Made by a program: the position numbers and the translations under genes
DNA from: Bacillota bacterium
Lineage (GTDB): Bacteria; Bacillota_I; Bacilli_A; Izemoplasmatales; UBA1188
Direction of reading: 5' to 3'
DNA: 64,000 nt
NCBI GenBank assembly: GCA_023410715.1
Contig: JAEYPN010000014.1
Coordinates: forward strand, 21,032 to 85,031
Shown: positions 56,727 through 64,000 of the stretch, in pieces
Position numbering within the stretch: position 1 is the first letter of the stretch
Layout of the letters: the number at the start of each line of letters is the position of its first letter
The notes under the pieces: generated by a model
What the model was told of the DNA's origin: nothing
Seen by the model: the letters and a program-made list of their open reading frames with translations, nothing else
Database searches by the model: none

Positions 56727-59700
56727 ATGAGTATAGCGATAGAAACTGCATATTGTTTTAATGGTAGCTTAATAAATATTGATGAGCTTATGACTAAAGC
56801 TAAAGAATACCAATATGACGTTTTAGGCATTTGTGATAATGTCTTGTCTAGTTCTTTAAAATTTTATAGTGCTGCAATAAAAAATCATATTAAACCCGTT
56901 ATTGGTTTAAAATTAAAAATGAAGTCTCTAATAGGTAAAAACTACTCAATGATATGTTTATATCCAAAAAATTATGACGCATACATTGAGCTTATGAAAA
57001 TCTCTAGTAAGTCCATAATTGAAAAACACATTTTTTCACTTGAGGAATTAAAAACTCTAAAAAATATGATTTTTGTTATTCCGTCTTTTGATAATGATTT
57101 ATATGATTTAGCTTGTGAAAAAGATTATCAAAAGCTTGAGGCTGTTTATAAAAATTTTAAAGAATTAAATGAATTATATTTAGGAATTGATAATGCTGAA
57201 TATCGAAGCGAAATATTTGTAACGCCTGCTTTTATTAAACTAGGTAAAGCAATTATTTTTAATTCCATAAAATATTTTAATAAAGAAGATGAAGAAACAA
57301 AAAACATTTTAGCGCATATTTTATCAGGCGAAGCGTATAGTGAAGAAAGCATCTTAAATAGTGATGCAACATATGAATTAAAAAGTAAAGATGAATTTTA
57401 CTCGTTATATGAAGATTATAAAAATGAACTTGAAAATACAAAAGAGTTCATTAATAGTATTAATTTAGAGTTTCCTTTAAATGAAAAACATTTACCGAAA
57501 TATATAAATGATAAAGGTGTGACAAACGAGGAATTCTTAAGTATCTTAGCCCATAAAGGTTTAGCTAAGCGAATTAAAAATAAAAAAGTGAATAAAAAAG
57601 AATATGAAACACGTCTTGATTATGAACTTTCCGTTATTCACAAAATGGGTTATGATGATTACTTTTTAATTGTTTGGGACTTTGTGCTTTATTCTAAGAA
57701 AAATGGCATATTGGTTGGGCCAGGTAGAGGATCATCAGCTGGATCACTTGTTAGTTATTCACTTGGAATTGTTGATATTGACCCACTTGAATATAACTTA
57801 CTTTTTGAAAGATTCTTAAATCCGGAAAGAATTACTTTACCAGATATTGACTTAGATTTTCCTGATAATAAACGTGATGATGTTATTAAATATGTACACT
57901 CTAAATATGGTGAATATAATGTTGTAAATATTGCGGCATTTGGCACATTTCAGGCTAAGAGTGCTTTAAGAGATGTCGCAAGGATATTAAAAGTTACTGA
58001 TGATATATTAGATGATTTATTAAAAAGAATTGTCTTTGACAATAGTTTAAAAAGCTTACTTAATGAACACAAAAATATTTATGAAACATTCTCAAGTGAT
58101 GAAAAAATTAAGAAGTTACTTGATGTAGCGATTGCGATTGAAGGACTTCCTCGTCATATTTCAACGCACGCAGCGGGTATTATTATATCGCCCTCTGACA
58201 TTAGAAATTTTTCTGCACTACAACCAGGTATAAATGGCTTATATCAATCCCAATATGAAGCAGAGGACTTAGAAAAAATTGGCCTTTTAAAAATTGACTT
58301 CCTTGGCATTAGAAATTTAACAATTATTGATAATATCATTAATCTAGTGAAGAAAAATGGCGAACAAGACTTTAATATTTATAACATTCCTCTAGATGAT
58401 AAAAAAACCTTTGAAATGTTACAAACAAAAAGCACCTTAGGAATATTTCAATTAGAATCACCAGGAATGCAAAGACTAATTAAACAAATGAAGATTGATA
58501 AATTCTCAGATATATCGATGTGTTTAGCTTTATACCGTCCAGGACCAATGGAAAGTATTCCAACATATTTAAGAAGAAGGTTTGGAATTGAAGTTGTAAG
58601 ATATCCTCATCCAATCTTAGAAGAAATACTTAAAGAAACAAATGGGATTTTAGTTTATCAGGAACAAATCATTTTAATATGTGCAAAATTTGCCAAAATG
58701 AGTTTAGGCGAAGCTGATGTCTTAAGACGTGCTGTATCTAAGAAAAACTATGAAATGCTTCTAAGTGAAAAAGATCATTTCATTAATAAAAGCGTAGAAA
58801 ACGGCCAGAAGAGGGAACTAGCTGAACAAATCTTTAATGATATTGTTAAGTTTGCAAACTATGGTTTTAATAAGAGCCATAGTGTATCATACTCACTTGT
58901 TAGTTACTGGCTTGCCTATTTAAAGGCCAACTATCCCGCAATATTTATGGCAATGTTGCTTGTATCAACTGAAAATCCAATTAAGTATTTAAGTGAATGT
59001 TTTAATTTAAATGTTAAGGTCTTATTACCAGATATTAATAAAAGTGATAGAACGTATACAGTTAATAAAAATGAAATAATCTTACCATTTACAGCAATAA
59101 AAAATATTGGTAAATCTGTAAGTGATGTAATTATTAGTAACCGAGAAGAAGGCTATAAGAGTTTTAATGATTTTATTAGAAGAAATTATGATAAAATCGG
59201 TAAAGCGAGCATTGAAAACTTAATTTATGCTGGTGTGTTTGATTCCTTTAATATTAATCGTAAGACCTTGATTTTAGGCTTAGATGAAGCAATTAACAAT
59301 GCAGAATTTGCTTCAATTCATGATTATGATAAGTTTGAATTTGTAAAAGAAGATGAATATTCTTTTGATGAACTTTATAAAAAGGAATATAACCTTTATG
59401 GGTTTAATTTAAAATACCACCCACTAGATAAATATATTACTTCCGATTCTATAACTACTTCAAAGATTGATGACTCATACGTAAATAAAAAAATTACAAT
59501 CATCGCTCATGTCAAGTCAATGCGGTCAATGACTACAAAAAAAGAAACAAAAATGCTTCTTTTAACGTTAGATGATAAACTAGCATCTTTAGATGCGGTA
59601 TGCTTTGATGCGTATTATAATAATGTCAAAGCCGTAGTTAATTTAAATGGCTGTTATCTATTTAAGGGTATAATAAATAAAAGACAGGAAATTTTGAATT

Positions 59701-59729
59701 TCATTATTCAAGAGGCTCACGAGATTTAA
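56727..59729 (+). CDS. dnaE: DNA polymerase III alpha subunit (DnaE type)
   Basis: PHP domain at the N-terminus, GPGRGSSAGSLV, PDIDLDF, and the FNKSHS motif. The ATG at 56727 follows AGAGG. Confidence 0.95.
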   Translation: MSIAIETAYCFNGSLINIDELMTKAKEYQYDVLGICDNVLSSSLKFYSAAIKNHIKPVIGLKLKMKSLIGKNYSMICLYPKNYDAYIELMKISSKSIIEKHIFSLEELKTLKNMIFVIPSFDNDLYDLACEKDYQKLEAVYKNFKELNELYLGIDNAEYRSEIFVTPAFIKLGKAIIFNSIKYFNKEDEETKNILAHILSGEAYSEESILNSDATYELKSKDEFYSLYEDYKNELENTKEFINSINLEFPLNEKHLPKYINDKGVTNEEFLSILAHKGLAKRIKNKKVNKKEYETRLDYELSVIHKMGYDDYFLIVWDFVLYSKKNGILVGPGRGSSAGSLVSYSLGIVDIDPLEYNLLFERFLNPERITLPDIDLDFPDNKRDDVIKYVHSKYGEYNVVNIAAFGTFQAKSALRDVARILKVTDDILDDLLKRIVFDNSLKSLLNEHKNIYETFSSDEKIKKLLDVAIAIEGLPRHISTHAAGIIISPSDIRNFSALQPGINGLYQSQYEAEDLEKIGLLKIDFLGIRNLTIIDNIINLVKKNGEQDFNIYNIPLDDKKTFEMLQTKSTLGIFQLESPGMQRLIKQMKIDKFSDISMCLALYRPGPMESIPTYLRRRFGIEVVRYPHPILEEILKETNGILVYQEQIILICAKFAKMSLGEADVLRRAVSKKNYEMLLSEKDHFINKSVENGQKRELAEQIFNDIVKFANYGFNKSHSVSYSLVSYWLAYLKANYPAIFMAMLLVSTENPIKYLSECFNLNVKVLLPDINKSDRTYTVNKNEIILPFTAIKNIGKSVSDVIISNREEGYKSFNDFIRRNYDKIGKASIENLIYAGVFDSFNINRKTLILGLDEAINNAEFASIHDYDKFEFVKEDEYSFDELYKKEYNLYGFNLKYHPLDKYITSDSITTSKIDDSYVNKKITIIAHVKSMRSMTTKKETKMLLLTLDDKLASLDAVCFDAYYNNVKAVVNLNGCYLFKGIINKRQEILNFIIQEAHEI

Positions 59730-61128
59730 GACACTTTTGGGCTTCAAGATAGTCACTATGAGGGACTAGTCCCTCTTTTTTTTGCTCAAATTCTTCCATT
59801 CCCTTACCTGTAATGAGTAAAGTATCTCCAACTTCTAGATTATCAATCGCATATTTTATAGCGTCTTTTCTATCAAAGATAATACAGTAATTGGTTGTTT
59901 CAATCTCACTTGTTAAATCATGAATTATGTTTTCTAAAGGTTCATCTTTAGGATCTTCAGAAGTGAAAATGACAAAATCACTATGTTTAGTCGCAACTTT
60001 ACCCATTAAAGGTCTTTTAGTTGCGTCTTTATTGCCTGCTGCGCCTAAAACGATAACTAGTTTCTTTTTAGTGATTAAACGTACATTTGTTAGAAGTTGA
60101 TATAAGGCATTTGGTGTATGAGCAAAATCCACAATAACCATATAAGGGAATTTGGTCACAAAATTTAATCTTCCTTTAACAATTGGTAAATTATTAAGCT
60201 TTGTCCTAATTAATTCAAATGAAACATTAAAATACAAAGCTAAGATAATAGCTGGTAAAACATTATAGACATTATATAAGCCAAAAAGATTTATTGAGAT
60301 GTCTCTATAGATTTTTCTTCGCAATTTTAAATCAAAAGTTGTATAATCTTCTTCAATTCTAACATTTAAAGCTCTAAAATCAGCTTCTTCATTAATCCCA
60401 TATGTAAGAAATGGTAAAGAAACTAAGGTTAAAAGCTTTTTACCATATTCATCATCAATATTAACAATCATTAACCCATCAGATGAAATATTTTTAAAGA
60501 GTTTGACCTTCTCCATAAAATAATTTTCCATGGTTAGATGCGAATTTAAATGTTCATGACTTAAATTAGTGAATATTCCAACATCAAAAATAACATCGTC
60601 TATGCGCCTATTTAATATACCTTCAGATGAAGCCTCCATAACAGCTATTTCAACATTACTTTTTACCATCTTATCTAATTCACGGAATAAAAGGTAAGAA
60701 ATAGGTGTTGTGTTATTTGTTTTATAATAATAACCAAAATAATTGATCCCATTTGTACCAATATTTGCAACTTTATATTTAGAAGATAATAAATACTGGC
60801 TAATAGTTGCGCAAGTTGTTTTGCCATCGGTACCGGTAATTCCAACAAGTTTAATTTTATTTTGGGGAAAATCATAAAATCTGTTTAATGAATTTTGTAA
60901 TACCTGGTGAATATCTTTAACTAGAATTTGGTTACGAACACCATCAATTAATTCTTCTGTTACAATAGCGACAGCGCCTGAATTTAAGGCTTCAAGAGCG
61001 TATTCTAAGTCATGTTCAGTATTTTTTAACAAAAAAAACAAGGTATTTTCCTTTATGTCTTTACTGTTTGATGAGATATAAGATATTTCTAAATTCAGGT
61101 CGACATTTAATAAATTTTTAATATGCAT
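59704..61128 (-). CDS. murE: UDP-N-acetylmuramoyl-L-alanyl-D-glutamate--diamino acid ligase (MurE)
   Basis: GITGTDGKTT P-loop and Mur ligase middle and C-terminal blocks (GAAGNKDATKRPLMG). GGAGG RBS. Confidence 0.9.
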   Translation of the reverse strand: MHIKNLLNVDLNLEISYISSNSKDIKENTLFFLLKNTEHDLEYALEALNSGAVAIVTEELIDGVRNQILVKDIHQVLQNSLNRFYDFPQNKIKLVGITGTDGKTTCATISQYLLSSKYKVANIGTNGINYFGYYYKTNNTTPISYLLFRELDKMVKSNVEIAVMEASSEGILNRRIDDVIFDVGIFTNLSHEHLNSHLTMENYFMEKVKLFKNISSDGLMIVNIDDEYGKKLLTLVSLPFLTYGINEEADFRALNVRIEEDYTTFDLKLRRKIYRDISINLFGLYNVYNVLPAIILALYFNVSFELIRTKLNNLPIVKGRLNFVTKFPYMVIVDFAHTPNALYQLLTNVRLITKKKLVIVLGAAGNKDATKRPLMGKVATKHSDFVIFTSEDPKDEPLENIIHDLTSEIETTNYCIIFDRKDAIKYAIDNLEVGDTLLITGKGMEEFEQKKEGLVPHSDYLEAQKCLKSREPLE

Positions 61129-61164
61129 AAAAAAACCTCCAAAGTTAGTTTTTGGTGGTTTTTT

Positions 61165-62778
61165 TTACTTATTCATAAAATATAAATAATTTTTGTTGTT
61201 TTTATATATAACAATAATATATTGATCAAAATATTCATAAACATGACCATTTCTGTATAATGTCTCTAAAGAAAAGTCTTGGTTTATCATAGAAAAAGTG
61301 CGCAATAAATCGTTTTTATTACTATTATTTTTCCACCAAATTTTAGGCTTATACTTATTGATTTTTAAGTAATCTAATCTTAAGTGATTTTCTACATTAT
61401 AAAGTAATTCAGAATGTTCTTCTTTAATAAATGTTTGAACGTTTATAAACAAATCAATTAAATGGTAGCTAATTGTTTTTTGATATTTCGATAGTGATAA
61501 AAACATGTCATATGGATTAATGTTATCTACTATATAACTAATAGTTTCATTCATATAACCTTTATTCCAAAATATTTCAAGCATTCTGCTAACTAACCTT
61601 ATTTCATCCAATTCATCTTTTGTTATAAACATATTAGATACTATTTCATAAGGTGGTAGTTCATCATAGATATAGTCATATTTATTTTTTTCATTTCTAA
61701 TTTTTGTGCCTCTAAGCATTTTTAAAAATCCTAATTGTAGTTCTTTACATTTTAGATTAAAGACCTGATTAAAAGTATCTTTAAATGACTCTTTTGTATC
61801 ATATGGAAGTCCAGCAATTAAATCTAAGTGTAAATCAATGATATCTGCATCCTTAATCAGTTTAATATTTTCAAGTAAAGTCTGATTATTTTGAATACGA
61901 TCAATTGCTAAATTTGCGGTCTTATTTAAAGACTGAATTCCAACTTCAAAGCGAAATAAATGACGTGGCGAATTTTCATTTAAATAAATAATTAATTCCT
62001 TAGGAAAAACATCTAAAGTAATTTCAAACTGAAAAGAATTGTTTTCTTTATAATTATCTATTATAAAATCAAAAATTTCTTTAGCTCTTTTTTTATCGGC
62101 ATTAAATGTTCTGTCTAAGAACTTAAATGTCTTTACTCCTTGATTAATTAAATAAAGAATCGCCTTTTTTACTTCCTCAAGCGGAAAAAATCTCACATAT
62201 TTTTCAAGAGATGACAAACAATAACTACACTTATATGGACAGCCTCGTGATGATTCAATATAAGCAATTTTATTTTGTATACTATCTTTATCTTCAATAA
62301 AATAGTATGGAAGATTTAATTTTTTTAAATCGGGTAAAGCGCAGAAATTGGTGATTATTTTATTATCCTTTCTAAATGACAGGGATGGAACATTTTCTAA
62401 AGGTTTATTATTTATTAAAGAATCAAGTAATAAATCAAATGAGAGTTCTCCTTCACCACTAATTAAAAAATCAATTGGCCAGTTAAAGAAGAAGTCAATA
62501 TCATAACTTACTTCTGGTCCACCAAGTAATATTTTAGCCTTTGTATCTTTTTTTAAATCATAGACTAATTTTTCTATAGTTCTTACGTTCCAAATGTAAG
62601 TACTAAAACCAATTAAATCAGCGTCACTTTGTTTAATCTCATTTAGCATTTTTTCATAATCATCTTTTATTGTAAAATCTTTTAGTTCTACAGGATATGT
62701 TGTATTGGCCTTTAGCAACCTAATGGCATTATTCTGATGAATATATTTAGCGTTAATCGCAACTAGCATTACTTTCAT
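61165..62778 (-). CDS. B12-binding-domain radical SAM protein (DUF4080-type C-terminus)
   Basis: N-terminal Rossmann-like B12-binding region. SSRGCPYKCSYC CxxxCxxC cluster motif. The ATG at 62778 follows GGTGGTGA; the ORF-track start is 62793. Confidence 0.85.
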   Translation of the reverse strand: MKVMLVAINAKYIHQNNAIRLLKANTTYPVELKDFTIKDDYEKMLNEIKQSDADLIGFSTYIWNVRTIEKLVYDLKKDTKAKILLGGPEVSYDIDFFFNWPIDFLISGEGELSFDLLLDSLINNKPLENVPSLSFRKDNKIITNFCALPDLKKLNLPYYFIEDKDSIQNKIAYIESSRGCPYKCSYCLSSLEKYVRFFPLEEVKKAILYLINQGVKTFKFLDRTFNADKKRAKEIFDFIIDNYKENNSFQFEITLDVFPKELIIYLNENSPRHLFRFEVGIQSLNKTANLAIDRIQNNQTLLENIKLIKDADIIDLHLDLIAGLPYDTKESFKDTFNQVFNLKCKELQLGFLKMLRGTKIRNEKNKYDYIYDELPPYEIVSNMFITKDELDEIRLVSRMLEIFWNKGYMNETISYIVDNINPYDMFLSLSKYQKTISYHLIDLFINVQTFIKEEHSELLYNVENHLRLDYLKINKYKPKIWWKNNSNKNDLLRTFSMINQDFSLETLYRNGHVYEYFDQYIIVIYKNNKNYLYFMNK

Positions 62779-62869
62779 TAAAATCACCACCATCTATTTT
62801 AACACATTTATGCTATAAACAGGGTAAAATATGTTAAAATATAGTGAAGATGTATAGGGGTGATTTAAA

Positions 62870-63595
62870 GTGACAATGTGGAATCCTTGGCGAGGTTGTA
62901 AAAGAATTAGTGAAGGCTGTAAGTACTGTTACATTCATAAAGGTGATGCAAAAAGAAATGTTAATACTAGTGACATTATAATGACCAAGGATTTCTATAA
63001 ACCAATTTTAAGATTGAAAAATGGCGAATATAAAATGAAATCTGGTTTAGTATATTTATGTTTTTCAAGTGATTTTTTACTTGAAGAAGCAGACACTTGG
63101 CGTATGGAAGCATTTCAAATGATTAAAGAAAGAAGTGATTTAACATTTTTATTTTTAACAAAAAGGATTGATCGCTTTTTAGATGTTATACCTTCTGATT
63201 GGAAAGATGGTTATGATAACTTAATTGTATCTGTATCAGTTGAAAACCAAAAAAACGCTGATTATCGGTTAAATATTTTTAAAGACTTACCCATTAAGCA
63301 TAAATATATTGCGGCCCAGCCATTAATTGAAAAAATAGATATTGAAAAATATTTGGATAATATTGAACTAGTTGTAGTAGGTGGAGAAAGCGATAAAGAC
63401 GCAAGACCTTTAGACTATGATTGGGTTTTAGATTTAAGAAGACAGTGTATAAACAAAAATGTGAATTTTAATTTTCGTCAATGTGGAACTAACTTTATAA
63501 AAGATGGTAAAGGATATAAACTTAGAACGTTTGAACTTACAAAACAAGCAAGGTTAGCAGATATTGATTATAAGAAGGAGGAAAAAAATGTTTAA
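62870..63595 (+). CDS. DUF5131 (phage Gp37/Gp68-like) family protein
   Basis: N-terminal [18 protein letters not shown] three-Cys motif typical of the family. GTG start 6 nt after AGGGGTGA. Confidence 0.75.
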   Translation: MTMWNPWRGCKRISEGCKYCYIHKGDAKRNVNTSDIIMTKDFYKPILRLKNGEYKMKSGLVYLCFSSDFLLEEADTWRMEAFQMIKERSDLTFLFLTKRIDRFLDVIPSDWKDGYDNLIVSVSVENQKNADYRLNIFKDLPIKHKYIAAQPLIEKIDIEKYLDNIELVVVGGESDKDARPLDYDWVLDLRRQCINKNVNFNFRQCGTNFIKDGKGYKLRTFELTKQARLADIDYKKEEKNV

Positions 63596-64000
63596 ATTAC
63601 ATTCTAGCTATGTGCCAACTGGTGATCAACCAGATGCAATTAACAGTCTAGTTGATGGGATAGAAAAAGGATATAAACATCAAGTGTTACTTGGGGCAAC
63701 AGGTACTGGTAAAACATATACAATGGCTAACGTTATTGCAAGAGTCAATAAACCAACACTTGTTTTAGCCCATAATAAAACCTTAGCTGGTCAACTTTAT
63801 GCGGAATTTAAAGAATTATTTCCAGAAAATCATGTTGAATATTTTATTTCTTATTATGATTATTATCAACCAGAAGCTTATGTTGTTAAAAGCGATACTT
63901 ACATTGAAAAAGAAGCAACCATCAATGATGAAATTGATGAGATGCGCCATTTAGCAACTGTCTCTTTACTTGAACATAGAGACACAATTATTGTCGCTTC
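63588..64000 (+). CDS. uvrB: Excinuclease ABC subunit B (5' part; runs off the window)
   Basis: [45 protein letters not shown] is the canonical UvrB N-terminus. 8-nt overlap with the upstream gene. Confidence 0.95.
   Translation, partial: MFKLHSSYVPTGDQPDAINSLVDGIEKGYKHQVLLGATGTGKTYTMANVIARVNKPTLVLAHNKTLAGQLYAEFKELFPENHVEYFISYYDYYQPEAYVVKSDTYIEKEATINDEIDEMRHLATVSLLEHRDTIIVA

Noticed and set aside
1-64000. Alternative genetic code (TGA read as Trp, Mollicutes-like), considered because of the very low GC
   Set aside because: Trp is encoded by TGG throughout. TGA terminates several well-defined genes (for example the LacI regulator at 12295-12297, and the ATGA overlaps at 35466, 44393 and 48186). 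The presence of murE also argues for a walled organism.
1-64000. CRISPR arrays, tRNA/rRNA genes, IS elements, integrases and prophage blocks
   Set aside because: Scanning the intergenic regions, I saw no repeat-spacer periodicity, no GC-rich cloverleaf-like segments, no transposase or integrase-like ORFs and no terminal inverted repeats. DUF5131 is the only phage-associated family present, and it stands alone.

Overview
Strongly AT-rich window that uses the standard bacterial code: TGA acts as a stop and Trp is encoded by TGG. Gene content and local synteny (ytfI/ytfJ-like pair, ytxK-like gene next to ackA, ylmH, dnaE, murE, uvrB, ECF-type thiT behind a TPP riboswitch) point to a low-GC, wall-bearing Bacillota-type chromosome. 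I cannot place it more precisely. I found no rRNA, tRNA, CRISPR array, IS element or prophage.

The window has three parts.

(1) 0.5-11 kb holds small accessory units:
- a small sigma factor tightly coupled to a membrane-anchored serpin
- a MarR plus heterodimeric ABC exporter operon
- an SGNH hydrolase and a nitroreductase
- a CotH-kinase lipoprotein

(2) 11.1-41.2 kb is one very large, same-strand glycan-utilisation-like locus. Its components are:
- a LacI regulator
- two paralogous clan-GH-A-like proteins
- a 1135-aa Ig-repeat lipoprotein
- two solute-binding proteins, one of them 999 aa and membrane anchored
- two CUT1 permease pairs with no ATPase
- a fusion protein combining an NHL propeller, a TPR region and a Yip1 membrane domain
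- an 802-aa anchored protein of unknown function
- two SASA-type esterases
- four paralogous FAD-dependent oxidoreductases, three of them in tandem

This locus is the most likely place for an undescribed system, because it has almost no recognisable classical glycoside hydrolases.

(3) 41-64 kb is mostly housekeeping genes, plus a decayed gene remnant and a few oddities.

All functional calls come from motifs I recognise by eye in the supplied translations. No database search was run.
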